Source: Nemertoderma westbladi
Taxonomy: Eukaryota; Animalia; Xenacoelomorpha
Assembly (NCBI GenBank): GCA_032718475.1
Contig: JAUCBJ010008823.1
Location: 1-64,000 of the forward strand
Length of the DNA stretch: 64,000 nucleotides
Direction: 5' to 3'
How positions within the stretch are numbered: position 1 is the stretch's first letter; every line of letters starts with the position of its first letter. The notes under the pieces are model-generated. The model was not told where the DNA came from. It was given only the letters and a program-made list of their open reading frames with translations, and ran no database searches. Shown piece after piece: positions 38,301-51,345 of this stretch. Position numbers and translations under genes: made by a program.

Positions 38301-40270
38301 TTGACGCTAGGTGGAACAAAATCATTGGATATTGCCAAGGTAAGTGAGTTCTTTTAGTTGACGCTAGGATGTGGAAAATCATTGGATATTGCCAAGGTAA
38401 GTGAGTTCTTTTAGTTGACGCTAGGTGGAACAAAATCATTGGATATTGCCAAGGTAAGTGAGTTCTTTTAGTTGACGCTAGGTGGAACAAAATCATTGGA
38501 TATTGCCAAGGTAAGAAGTGAGTTCTTTTAGTTGACGCTAGGTGGAACAAAATCATTGGATATTGCCAAGGTAAGTGAGTTCATTTAGTTGACGCTAGGT
38601 GGAACAAAATCATTGGATATTGCCAAGGAAAGTGAGTTCATTTAGTTGACGCTAGGTGGAACAAAATCATTGGATATTGCCAAGGTAAGTGAGTTCTTTT
38701 AGTTGACGCTAGGATGTGGAAAATCATTGGATATTGCCAAGGTAAGTGAGTTCTTTTAGTTGACGCTAGGTGGAACAAAATCATTGGATATTGCCAAGGT
38801 AAGTGAGTTCTTTTAGTTGACGCTAGGTGAAACAAAATCATTGGATATTGCCAAGGTAAGTGAGTTCTTTTAGTTGACGCTAGGTGGAACAAAATCATTG
38901 GATATTGCCAAGGTAAGTGAGTTCTTTTAGTTGACGCTAGGTGAAACAAAATCATTGGATATTGCCAAGGTAAGTGAGTTCTTTTAGTTGACGCTAGGTG
39001 GAACAAAATCATTGGATATTGCCAAGGTAAGTGAGTTCTTTTAGTTGACGCTAGGTGGAACAAAATCATTGGATATTGCCAAGGTAAGTGAGTTCATTTA
39101 GTTGACGCTAGGTGGAACAAAATCATTGGATATTGCCAAGGAAAGTGAGTTCATTTAGTTGACGCTAGGTGGAACAAAATCATTGGATATTGCCAAGGTA
39201 AGTGAGTTCTTTTAGTTGACGCTAGGATGTGGAAAATCATTGGATATTGCCAAGGTAAGTGAGTTCTTTTAGTTGACGCTAGGTGGAACAAAATCATTGG
39301 ATATTGCCAAGGTAAGTGAGTTCTTTTAGTTGACGCTAGGATGTGGAAAATCATTGGATATTGCCAAGGTAAGTGAGTTCTTTTAGTTGACGCTAGGTGG
39401 AACAAAATCATTGGATATTGCCAAGGTAAGTGAGTTCTTTTAGTTGACGCTAGGTGGAACAAAATCATTGGATATTGCCAAGGTAAGTGAGTTCTTTTAG
39501 TTGACGCTAGGTGGAACAAAATCATTGGATATTGCCAAGGTAAGTGAGTTCTTTTAGTTGACGCTAGGTGGAACAAAATCATTCGATATTGCCAAGGTAA
39601 GTGAGTTCTTTTAGTTGACGCTAGGTGGAACAAAATCATTGGATATTGCCAAGGTAAGTGAGTTCTTTTATTTGACGCTAGGTGGAACAAATTCATTGGA
39701 TATTGCCAAAGAAAGTGAGTTCTTTTATTTGACGCTAGGTGGAACAAAATCATTGGATATTGCCAAGGTAAGTGAGTTCTTTTAGTTGACGCTAGGTGGA
39801 ACAAAATCATTGGATATTGCCAAGGTAAGTGAGTTCTTTTAGTTGACGCTAGGTGGAACAAAATCATTGGATATTGCCAAGGTAAGTGAGTTCTTTTAGT
39901 TGACGCTAGGTGGAACAAAATCATTGGATATTGCCAAGGTAAGTGAGTTCTTTTATTTGACGCTAGGTGGAACAAATTCATTGGATATTGCCAAAGAAAG
40001 TGAGTTCTTTTATTTGACGCTAGGTGGAACAAAATCATTGGATATTGCCAAGGTAAGTGAGTTCTTTTATTTGACGCTAGGTGGAACAAATTCATTGTAT
40101 ATTGCCAAAGAAAGTGAGTTCTTTTATTTGACGCTAGGTGGAACAAAATCATTGGATATTGCCAAGGAAAGTGAGTTCTTTTAGTTGACGCTAGGTGGAA
40201 CAAAATCATTGGATATTGCCAAGATAAGTGAGTTCTTTTAGTTGACGCTAGGGTGGGCAAAATCATTGGA
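26333..40270 (+). repeat. 57-bp tandem array (about 244 copies) built from the exon end and intron start
   Basis: Unit ACGCTAGGTGGAACAAAATCATTGGATATTGCCAAG|GTAAGTGAGTTCTTTTAGTTG; the first copy is the real exon end. Confidence 0.98.
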
Positions 40271-40879
40271 ATTGCCCAGACATTGCCGAGGCCCGAGGTA
40301 AGTAATATCTTTTAGTTAGAATGGGCAAAATAATTGTTATAGAAAGGCCAGATATAAAATACAGAACAGAATAATTAATGCACATTTAAATAATAATAAA
40401 ATACATGACATAATACAATTAACGAACAAAGCAACACAAAAACAGCACTGACAATGGGAAACAACAAAGAGTTAAAATTCGTCTGCCAGTCCAACACCGC
40501 GCAGACCCACCCCGTCACCAAATCCGAGAGCCCGCCAAGACCGACGTCCCCCTCGGAGGCAGAGGGAGTTGGACCGGAGGAGCGCGAACTGCAGCCGCCG
40601 GCGAACACCCCCCAGAACGCACGCGAGGCCCCTCTCTCTCATACCATCCCGCCTCGACACAAGTGTCTCGGCGAGTTGGCGGATTAGGATCTGGGCCTCA
40701 TCGCACCATACTCCATCAGTGGTGCCGACCAATGGGGTGAACGCCATCCTCCGGTCCTCGCAAAATAATTGGATATTACCAATATTAACTTCAAGGTTTT
40801 AGTTGATGCTTGGTATATGTAATAACATAAACATTTTTATAATTATAATTAAAAAATAAATAAACAACAATCTTTACAG

Positions 40880-41236
40880 GTTTTAACGTGTTGGCGGCCC
40901 TGATACTTGAGATTGTTGACCGCAGTGAGACCGACGCGCTAAAGGTGATGATCTACCTCATCGACAACGTTCTCCCTGCCAACTACTTCAGCAACAACCT
41001 CCGCGCTCTCTCCGTCGACATGGCTGTCTTCCGGGATCTCCTGCAGGATAAACTCCCCGAACTGAGCGGCCATCTGGAGACCCTGCAACGCCGATCCAAC
41101 GCCTCCTGCTGCACTCCAACGAGCTACGAACCCCCGCTCACCAACGTATTCACCATGCAGTGGTTTCTAACGCTATTCGCTACTTGTCTCCCAAAGTCTA
41201 CCGTTTTGCGGGTTTGGGATTCCATTTTACTAGAAG
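40880..41236 (+). CDS. TBC1D30: TBC1D30-like internal exon
   Basis: TTTACAG acceptor; phase 1 continues CQG-FNVLAALILE...LRALSVDMAVFRDLL...YEPPLTNVFTMQWFLTLFATCLP...WDSILLEG; donor GTCAGT at 41237. Confidence 0.95.
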
Positions 41237-41358
41237 GTCAGTTTACTTAGATTTATTTTAACTATTAGTGCTGCAGCTGCACAAATTACACATGTTACCT
41301 ATTTACTCAGCATTTCTTCCTAGGAATCCCCTTATGATTAATAGTTTAGTTTAGTTAA

Positions 41359-41729
41359 CTAAATAAGTCATTGAGGGCTATAGCGCCTAGGGCACCATTG
41401 AAGGCAAAGGCTTGATACGCATCTGCATTAGAGATGATACACGCCCCGCCCTGTCTATACTGGATGCTCCTCTACCAGTGTTAGGTAACCTAACCCAGGA
41501 GGCCACTTGGTTCATGGTGTAACAAATGGACCCCTACAGTCGGCAGCAGGGCTGTAGGCCGTGGATAGGCGGAAGGTAATCAACCAACGGCTAGACATGC
41601 TGACAAGGTCGGCGGAAGGTAATCAACCAACGGCGATCCACTGCGAAGACGCTTGTAGGAGTTGCGACCACAAGCGGTTTACTCCCGCAACTGAAAGATA
41701 TTGTCCGAGTTCGCTCGACCTAGTAGTAG
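41359..41729 (+). mobile_element. ~370-bp SINE-like / non-LTR retroposon fragment with (TAG)n tail
   Basis: 12-bp TSD TAGTTTAGTTAA (41347-41358 and 41730-41741); 3' (TAG)n tail; internal duplication GGCGGAAGGTAATCAACCAACGGC. Confidence 0.6.
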
Positions 41730-42678
41730 TAGTTTAGTTAATAGTAAACGTTAAAAAAACAGTTTTGGAAGGAGACCACCACAAGGCTCACGGCACTTAC
41801 AGTGTAGGTTAGAGTAAAATAGTACTTTATTAAGACAAACATTTACAATACAATACAATTATATAAAATACGATCTCTCACGGACGAAGTAAATAACGGT
41901 CAATAAAATAAAGTAAAAAAAAGTGCTCTAAAAAATGTAGGTCAGTAAAATGCAAATATTGTAGATACTGTAGTTCTTGGGTTATTTATCGGAACAATAA
42001 CAATGAGGTAGTTAAAAAAATTCCTGAGCCACGACGAGTAATTAAATCGCATTTAAGTAAAACGAAAGGCAGTGACTTAAAAAGTTGTTTAGTCAGTTTT
42101 ACCACCCAGCTGCTTATCACTCTCGGGTTCCCGATTTTCGGGACCGGGATTGCAATTTTGGATTAAATTCCTTAAAGTTATTATTATATGTGGCGGGTTT
42201 TGGGTAACACTCACTTTATCTTAAAGTCCTAAAATATTAGTAAGATAAAGTTATATTAAAATTATTTTGCAATTGATTACTGGATGGTTTACTGACATAA
42301 AAATTATTTCTAATATATAAATTTCCGTTCTGTTGGAACTATTTATCAGATTGTTCAAGAAATTTACTTTCAACTATCTTCCGGATCCCGGCCCAAATAA
42401 GTTGGGATCGGGATCGGAACCGGGTTTGCTTTTTTTGCCGCGATCCCGGTTTTTCGGGATCGGGATCCTGTTTAAACTAGTCTCTATACCAACAAATCGT
42501 TCTAATGGCTTTACTAAACTTAGAGAAGCATTAGTTTGCGAAATAAAGAAGTTAGTTTAATTGGCGCGGGAAACAGTATACTGTAAACATAATTCCTATT
42601 TATTCCATGTTCTTAATTTTAATTATTATTCTATTCATGTTCTAAGGGAGATTGAAAGAAACTTTTATTACCTCACAG

Positions 42679-43769
42679 GTTCCGAGGTTCTCCTCAGGGT
42701 GGCGCTGGCGATTTGGGCGCGATTGGGCGAGCGAATCATCGTCGTCCAATCAGCTGATGAGTTCTACTCGATCATGGGGGTTCTGGCCAATGAGATGCTC
42801 CATCTTAACCTAATGCCTGGGGAGGAACTCTTGCACACGATCTACAACATGGCGGGATTCCCTTATCCAACGCTAAACGAGCTGCGCGAGAAGTACACGT
42901 ACAATATAACTCCTTTTAGTAACAAACGGAGCAGTCAATCGGCAACCGTTGCCGCGTCTACCACCGTTGCTAAGCAGCACGCGGAGTTAGCGGAAGACGA
43001 TTTGATGGTTTCGTGTTTCGCCGGTATGCTACTCCCCGGGTTCGGTCGGAGCGCGCCAAGCAGACCGGAGACAGCGCGCAACGCGGACGCCGCCGACGTC
43101 GGACAGGCGAGTCCGGGGGCGTACGCCTCCAGCGGCGAGAGTGTGAGCGAGAGAACCGCGCCGATGGAACGCATGAGCACCGATATAAACGCCCTGCAGA
43201 AACAGTACGGGAAGATACAGAAGCGACAACGTCAAGTGCAGGTCTGCTACGATAAGCGGAACAACGATTGGGTTGCCGCCAGTAGGTTTCCCGATCGGGC
43301 TAGCCGGTTGCCAGATCGGGTTAATTTGTTGCAGCATCGGGGTAATACGATGCCGGATCGGGCAGACTCTGGGAGTCCTCTAAACGCGTCGCTCGCCGTC
43401 AATCATTTGTTTTTAGGGAATAGGGTGCGTAGCAACGGCGAGATAAAAATGCGTTGCGCCACTATCGATTACTCGAATAATGTTCTCAACCATCTCAAAC
43501 TCAAAGCGCCGGTCAGCGTGGAGTCGTTGAACGCCGCGAAACGAACGCGATGGAAAGGCGACGGGGACGAGTCAACGAGACGGCGACACTCCGCTAGTCG
43601 GCGTGCACAGAGAGGCAATAAAGAGGGTTGCTCGGCAACCGATAAGGTCTCTACAGACCCCAACAGAAACCCCGGTCGTTCCTTGTCTTTAGCTATTAAA
43701 TACACGCAACTCAAACCCAATATTAAACCCAATATCGGTATTAATGGCCTCCCCTACTTTAATAGTTAA
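42679..43769 (+). CDS. TBC1D30: TBC1D30-like last coding exon
   Basis: CCTCACAG acceptor; G-SEVLLRVALAIWARLGE...ADEFYSIMG...LREKYTYNITPF...ERMSTDINALQKQY; stop at 43767-43769. Confidence 0.92.
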
Positions 43770-43787
43770 TCATCGGGATACAGGATA

Positions 43788-45828
43788 CTAAACTTTAGCT
43801 ATGCTAACACTGAACTTTAGCTATGCTAACACTGAACTTTAGCTATGTCATCACTGAACTTTAGCTATGTCATCACTGAACTTTAGCTATGCTAACACTA
43901 AACTTTAGCTATGTTATCACTGAACTTTAGCTATGCTAACACTGAACTTTAGCTATGTTATCACTGAACTTTAGCTATGTTATCACTGAACTTTAGCTAT
44001 GCTAACACTGAACTTTAGCTATGTTATCACTGAACTTTAGCTATGTTATCACTGAACTTTAGCTATGCTATCACTGAACTTTAGCTATGCTAACACTGAA
44101 CTTTAGCTATGCTAACACTGAACTTTAGCTATTTTATCACTGAACTTTAGGTATGCTATCACTGAACTTTAGCTATGCTAACACTGAACTTTAGCTATGC
44201 TAACACTGAACTTTAGCTATTTTATCACTGAACTTTAGCTATGCTATCACTGAACTTTAGCTATGCTAACACTGAACTTTAGCTATGCTAACACAAACTT
44301 TAGCTATGTTATCACTGAACTTTAGCTATGCTATCTCTAAACGTTAGCTATGCTAACACTGAACTTCAGCTATGCTAACACTGAACTTTAGCTATGTTAT
44401 CACTGAACTTTAGCTATGTTATCACTGAACTTTAGCTATGCTATCACTGAACTTTAGCTATGCTAACACTGAACTTTAGCTATGCTAACACTGAACTTTA
44501 GCTATTTTATCACTGAACTTTAGCTATGTTATAACTGAACTTTAGCTATGCTATCACTGAACTTTAGCTATGCTAACACTGAACTTTAGCTATGCTAACA
44601 CTGAACTTTAGCTATTTTATCACTGAACTTTAGCTATGCTAACACTGAACTTTAGCTATTTTATCACTGAACTTTAGCTATGCTATCACTGAACTTTAGC
44701 TATGCTAACACTGAACTTTAGCTATGCTAACACAAACTTTAGCTATGTTATCACTGAACTTTAGCTATGTTATCACTGAACTTTAGCTATGCTAACACTG
44801 AACTTTAGCTATTTTATCACTGAACTTTAGCTATGCTATCACTGAACTTTAGCTATGCTATCACTGAACTTTAGCTATGCTAACACTGAACTTTAGCTAT
44901 TTTATCACTGAACTTTAGCTATGCTATCACTGAACTTTAGCTATGCTATCACTGAACTTTAGCTATGCTACCACTGAACTTTAGCTATGCTAACACTAAA
45001 CTTTAGCTATGTTATCACTGAACTTTAGCTATGTTATCACTGAACTTTAGCTATGCTAACACTGAACTTTAGCTATGCTAACACTGAACTTTAGCTATGC
45101 TATTACTGAACTTTAGCTATGCTACCACTGAACTTTAGCTATGTCATCACTGAACTTTAGCTATGCTAACACTAAACTTTAGCTATGTTATCACTGAACT
45201 TTTGCTATGCTAACACTGAACGTTAGCTATGCTAACACTAAACTTTAGCTATGCTAACACTAAACTTTAGCTATGTTATCACTGAACTTTAGCTATGCTA
45301 ATACTGAACTTTAGCTATGCTAACACTAAACTTTAGCTATGCTAACACTAAACTTTAGCTATGTTATCACTGAACTTTAGCTATGCTAACACTAAACTTT
45401 AGCTATGCTATCGCTGAACTTTAGCTATGCTAACACTGAACTTTAGCTATGCTAACACTGAACTTTAGCTATGCTAACACTGAACTTTAGCTATGTTATC
45501 ACTGAACTTTAGCCATGCTATCACTGAACTTTAGCTATGCTAACACTGAACTTTAGCTATGCTAACACTGAACTTTAGCTATGTTATCACTGAACTTTTA
45601 GCTATGTTATCACTGAACTTTAGCTATGCTATCACTGAACTTTAGCTATGCTAACACTGAACTTTAGCTATGTTATCACTGAACTTTAGCTATTTTATCA
45701 CTGAACTTTAGCTATGCTATCACTGAACTTTAGCTATGCTAACACTGAACTTTAGCTATGCTAATACTGAACTTTAGCCAAGCTAACACTGAACTTTAGC
45801 TATGCTAACACTGAACTTTAGCTATGTT
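43788..45828. repeat. 20-bp satellite, about 100 copies, starting about 20 nt after the stop codon
   Basis: Unit ACTGAACTTTAGCTATGCTAAC-type with TTATC/CTATC variants; period 20. Confidence 0.97.
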
Positions 45829-47885
45829 AATTTAATATTGTCTTTAGCTACGTAACTCTTTCTCCTACTATAGGGAATCTTATAGTATATTATTATGTCA
45901 CTAAAAAAAATAATTTAATCACATTATTAATTTATGAAATTTACATACTATTTAATTTAATTAATTAAATCACCAAATTAATTATTCATGTATTTATAAT
46001 TTTTATTATGTGGCGTAAAGGTATGGAATATGTATAATGTCCTAGCGGTGCCCCCCCCCCCCCCCGCCCCCCATCTATTGATTTTTATTTCACAATTACA
46101 GTAGAAATTAATATTTACAGTATTTACTAAAAATTTAAAATTAATAGGCTGAAAAATTTCACTCATGGCTAATTATTATAACGAAGGATTTAAATTTAAA
46201 ACTATTGAAAGACAAACGTAGATGTTAAAAAAATTAATAAAATATGTAATAAATAATATATTTATATTAAAAATACAGTTCCCGCTTCTTTATTTCCTGC
46301 TGATGCTAACGAGACGTTACTTTCTTTAAACTTCAAAGGTACAAATTTCCAGTCTTTAGTTCCCGCATCCGTTATTTAACATTTTAATTTCAACTTGGAT
46401 CGTTTATGATTAAGAAATATATTAACCTCGGTTAGACAAGGTAGCATTTATATTATTTGGTTTTGCAGTAAAGTCTTCAAGGAATGAGGATTAAGCAACG
46501 GCGTTTCATTGTTTATAAATATCCTTCTTTTGATTGAGTATATTTGAAGAGACAGTAACAATACCTGCAATATCTTACTGTAAAGTTTGTGAATCAAATC
46601 ATAAATCCGACCTTCTCACCAAAACAGTAAACTCCAAGTAAGCGACTATATTGCAGTATCGATCTCTTATAACCGGTGAGGCAGAAAACAGTCTACGAGC
46701 AGACAAACTTCGATAAAACAAAATCCCGCGCAGCGAATCCTAAAATCAGGCTGACTCACTGACGGACTAAGAGGCTCGTATACTTTGCCGCGGTGTGATT
46801 TATATGGTTGGGCAAAAGAGACGCTAGCTAGGTGCAGAGATTTGGAGATGTCTAACTAGCGGGCAAAGCGCAGTACGGACAAAAGTTAAATTTTATATAT
46901 TTTGAGGTGTAAATAATTTCTAACGCGCGCGTGTGTTAATTCTAAACGGTCAAAGCAGTTTTGCTCCTTCATATATATAATTACTGGGTACGGTGTGCAT
47001 TTTACAAATATTCTAATTTTGTAACTTGTAGGTCCAATACTCACGAATGATAAGGCTCCTTCCCCTCTTGCGTATTTCCAGGACTCAAATTCAGGCATAA
47101 GGTTAATGCTACGCCCAGAATTCGGCAATTTTAATTTACCAGGCCCCTAATACTAAGAAGAAATGTGTTAGTTTACTACAGTAGGCGTACTGTTACTAAT
47201 AGCTAGCCTGGCGTCCTATCTAGAATTTTGGTTACCTAGGTGGGCTTGGTAACTTCCTATCAGGACGTTGGCGGGGACACGGTAGATGTTAGTATATCCC
47301 TAATAGCCTCAATTTATTTGCGCCTAGTCGTAAACTGCCCTACCGCCTGAACGGTACAATCCCAATTCAGGTGAAACACAGCAACCCTCCTGGCCTACAA
47401 GTTCTAATGCAATGGACACCGTTGTACTACAAATAGTCGCAAACGCACCTGTACTTAGCAAGAGTTAGGCGTACAGTTTGCTGCACCCTACCAATGTGTA
47501 TGCTTTGTACCGGTGTGCCTACGTCCTATCTGCGTACTAGTATCTCTGCCTGCTCTCCCCCCCCCCGTAGGAATATGAAGGTCTACTGCGGTTTTTTCCT
47601 GAATTAAAACGGTACAGTCCCTAAGATGTAATTTTAGGCTTACAGCGTGTCACTACTTCTACCTTTGATCTTTGGTCTTACGCTTAGGTAGCAAGGCATC
47701 GAACGCTGTCTAACCTTTCAGGCGATGGGCGAATAACTAAGATGGTATTGCGGGTTGTCTCCTGTCTACATTCCCTTGATGTTCCCGTTCATTGCTGCGG
47801 CCCGATCTCTAGCCGGCCATCCTGTTCCTAAGTGTGTTCACCGTAGTGAATCATGGTGAAAAGAAAATGCAGGTAGCGGTATTTC

Positions 47886-48190
47886 TGAATTTATTGCAGA
47901 TAATAATACAAAATGTAATCTGAAAACTAATGACAGAATAAACAAATATCAGATAACTCAGAATAATTGTGTAAGTGAAGAGTTAAGATTGAGAGATTGA
48001 GAAGTTGAGAGATTGATAACTAATGAACGAATCGCACCTTTATATAGCAAATTTGTGCTGCAATCAATCGAGAAAATTCTCGATTGTTCTATAGGTTCTA
48101 ACAGGTTTTTAAAGATAGCTATTGGTCCAGCTAATATATAACTTGCACGACATTGGTTACAATCTAATAACTGCAGTCTCATTGGTTAAT
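47886..48190 (-). promoter_or_regulatory. LTR-like promoter and polyadenylation block
   Basis: On the - strand: three ACCAAT boxes (about 48185, 48156, 48125), TATATAAA (about 48046-48039), a pyrimidine-rich initiator region and AATAAA (about 47895-47890). Confidence 0.6.
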
Positions 48191-48264
48191 CTAGGTACAG
48201 ACAAATACAATTTAATTTGTAGCGGTCAATTTAAATGAGTTGAAATTCTGTACAAAATATAATT

Positions 48265-48338
48265 CGCACTTACTAGGATTCGAACTCAATACACACTACA
48301 TATAATTTCCAACGCTCTACCGACTGAGCTACTGAACC
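48265..48338 (-). pseudogene. tRNA-like Pol III unit (A and B boxes, non-pairing acceptor and anticodon stems)
   Basis: GGTTCAG-TAGCTCAGTCGGTAGAGCG...GAGTTCGAATCCTAG on the - strand. Confidence 0.55.
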
Positions 48339-50029
48339 ACTTGAACAATAGGCGTACAAATAGATATAGTAAATACAAATGAGGACTTAATGTAATCTTT
48401 AATAAAGTTAATTCGAATAAAATAAAATTTTGAAAATCCACGGCATTTAGGGAATATAATTCTATACCACTCCATGAAAACAGGATATTATCGTGCATAA
48501 AATATACGGTTTTCACCAATAATCAATCAAACTATAGAATACTTAGGGCGTACTTACGTATTTACAAATTAAATTTCAAACAATACTTCCTTTCTACATA
48601 ATGATTCGATACAAAAATAATTACAAATTCAAACTTTACATATTTGAGGCTTTACTAAGTAAGTACAATATAAATCTAAATTAAATTCACCAATATAAAT
48701 CTATTGCATCTCAATATTGCATAAATTCAAATAATTACAAATACTTTCGTGCCTAAATGTAGATTGCATAAGTTCGGAATAATTACAAATATGAGTCTTT
48801 CTAAGCACAAAACTTTCTAACTATAAAACTTTCTAAATACAAAATATAACACTTTACAAATGAAACTATAAGAAAGGCCCACGAGTCTTCCATCTACTCT
48901 TACTTTCTATTTCACTGTAAATACAAATACTGCTTATAAGATATAAATTGCATAGTATTCGGAACAATATAAATTGCATAAGTTCGGAATAATCACAAAT
49001 ATAAAATAATAATCTTGCAAAATATAAATTCTTACTAAATATAAGTCTTACTAAATATAAATCTTACTAAATATAAATCTTACTAAATATGAGTTTTCCA
49101 GAATACAAAACTTACTAAATATAAAACATATAATTCAAATAAATCACAAATTCACAAGAAAGGCTCACGAGTCTTCCGTCCACCCTTGCCCTCCCTTTTA
49201 TCGCTTAGTTGATCGAGCCCTGCCGCGTCCTCGAAAACTGCGCACAGGGGACTTTGCTCGCGATATGGGACTCGTGGGGCGAGTCACTGGTTTCGCTTGG
49301 ACGTTGAGAGACGGTGCGACTATTTCCTCGCAAATTCGTCTATTTGGCATCCCAAAACCTCGACCGATTCCTCGTGACCGATCAGTTGTCACTACAGTTG
49401 GTAGAACGTCTGGGAACGCGCGGGAAGCGGACGACGCAGACCCAAGAGTAGCTTGCGCCCCCTTTTGATCAGCTGGTGTATGTCCCGATCCTCCTGTTGG
49501 TTCTCTAGGAAGCGATACCGTATCCCGAGTAATTCGAATGGTCGGCTCAGCTCCCTTGCGTTCTTCTATATTAATAGACTTCTTTAACTGTTGGCCCACT
49601 TTCTGGACCCGTATGATCCTACCCTGTCCGTCCTCCCGAGGGTGACGTGCAGACGGCGCAACCGGAGTGGCTGATATATTTGTCGCCTCTAGGACCTCCT
49701 CTTCCTCGAATACGCTCGCTCGTATACGTTTGTGGTAAAACGCGGCTCGGTACGCCCATGCGACGGTTAACCAAGCTCCTTTATTCCGCTTCTCAGTTCG
49801 GAAACGATCGAATTCACCATACGTGATGCGATTAACGACTTTCTGAAAATTCCACGTGTTTTTGTTATCCGGGTGAATCTGTAATAGATACTCGCGCACT
49901 ACTCAGAATCCACTGTCGTGGGGCAAAATATCGACTACCTCGATAAGTTCGTCATATTGGGGCATAGCGGAGATGTATGGTGGCCGACTGCTGCCACATA
50001 AACCATCAATGTCTAATAAAAATAATCGG

Positions 50030-50240
50030 TTAAAAAATCAATAAAAAAATTCAATAAAAAAAATTTCAATAAAAAATTTCAATAAAAAATTAAATAAAAA
50101 AAATTTCAATAAAAAAAATTAAAAAAAAATTCAATAAAAAAAATTCAATAAAAAAATTCAATAAAAAAAAATTCAATAAAAAAAATTACAAAAAAATTCA
50201 ATAAAAAAATTCAATAAAATAAATTCAATAAAAAAATATG
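50030..50240. repeat. A-rich degenerate microsatellite (TTCAATAAAAAAA)n inside the IS3EU-like element
   Basis: About 15 copies of TTCAAT(A)n. Confidence 0.9.
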
Positions 50241-50662
50241 TTAAATTTTTTTCTGAAACCCACCGTGGCCTACAGCTGCCAGGTATTCATTTAATACTAA
50301 CCACTGCAGTTATATTATACTGTATAGGTGGCAGTACTCGGCCACAGCGAAATAGAAAAAAAAATTGCAAAGTAAAATTGAATTCACACGTGGCCGACTG
50401 CTGCCAAATACTTTCAAACACATGGAAACATGGCCTACAGCTGCCAAAATGTGTATTTCCTGCAGTATCATTAACTAACATACTGTTTTGCTGTACCGGT
50501 AGGCTTCCAGTATCCTGTAGTTCGAGATTAGTTTCAGTATTCCGGTACTGAAATTCAAGCTACGAGCCTACATCAGTAGGCCTACATACAAATCTTGTAG
50601 GTACAATGCGGCAGCAGTGATCAGGCCCGGGACGGTAGGTAATTTAAGGGTTTCTGCTAATA

Positions 50663-51345
50663 ATGGCATGGAATAGTGATTATGGTTTAAAATCATTTCT
50701 CAGTGAAGCTGTTGCGCAAAATTGGTCTAGAAAAGAGTTGCTGCCTGCAGCAAAATCTAAATTTGGTCAGTATCCTTGGTCAATGAGAAGTTTGGATCGG
50801 CGTCTGAAGTTTTTTGAAATCAGTTACATCAATTATAATGTTGATATTCAAACTATTCGCAAGGCTTTAAAGAAGGAGATGGAGGGTCCTGGAAAACATT
50901 TAGGATATAGAGCCATGAATTTGAAGCTTCGCACTGTTTACAATATATGTGTTCCTCGTGATATTGTATATGAAATAATGAGAGAAGAGTACCCGGATGT
51001 GCTGGAAAAACGACGACTAGAAAACCGTAAACGGGTCCGCACTGGAGCTTTCAATTCAAAGGGCAGAAGGGTCCTTTGTGGTTAGTATCCGGGGATGGGC
51101 ACGATAAATTGTGCGGTTATCAGAACTCAACATTCAGCTACTGTATTTATGGTTTCCAAGATTCGTATTCAAGAAAATTATTACTGCTGAGAGTTATGAA
51201 GTCAAACTCCTGTCCTAAGGTTATTTCGCGACTGTATATTGAATTGATTACTACTTTGCAGTATTGCATGCCTGTTTTTCTTCGATTTGATAAAGGGACT
51301 GAAACAACAACAATGGCGATAATGCATTCTTATTTGCATTCGATA
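50663..51345 (+). pseudogene. IS3EU-type DDE transposase (HTH + integrase core), frameshifted and truncated
   Basis: SMRSLDRRL, GPGKHLGYRAM..KLR, VPRD.VY, GDGHDKL, IYGFQDSYSRK, LRFDKGTE. Confidence 0.8.

Noticed and set aside
26331-40266. Giant - strand ORFs (1185, 1442, 1435 aa etc.) of MILFHLASTKRTHLPWQYP repeats
   Set aside because: By-product of a 57-bp (19-codon) unit that lacks a stop in one antisense frame; the unit derives from the + strand exon/intron junction.
40375-40802. GC-rich patch with several overlapping short ORFs in the intron
   Set aside because: No TBC1D30 similarity or recognisable domain; probably a repeat fragment, but no boundaries or TSD could be defined.
42561-42678. 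N-terminal extensions of ORF-track calls 42561..43769 and 25912..26376
   Set aside because: Intronic sequence upstream of clear AG acceptors (42678 and 26009).
26333-45828. CRISPR-like appearance of the long regular arrays
   Set aside because: Head-to-tail units with no unique spacers, no cas genes, and a eukaryotic intron/UTR context.
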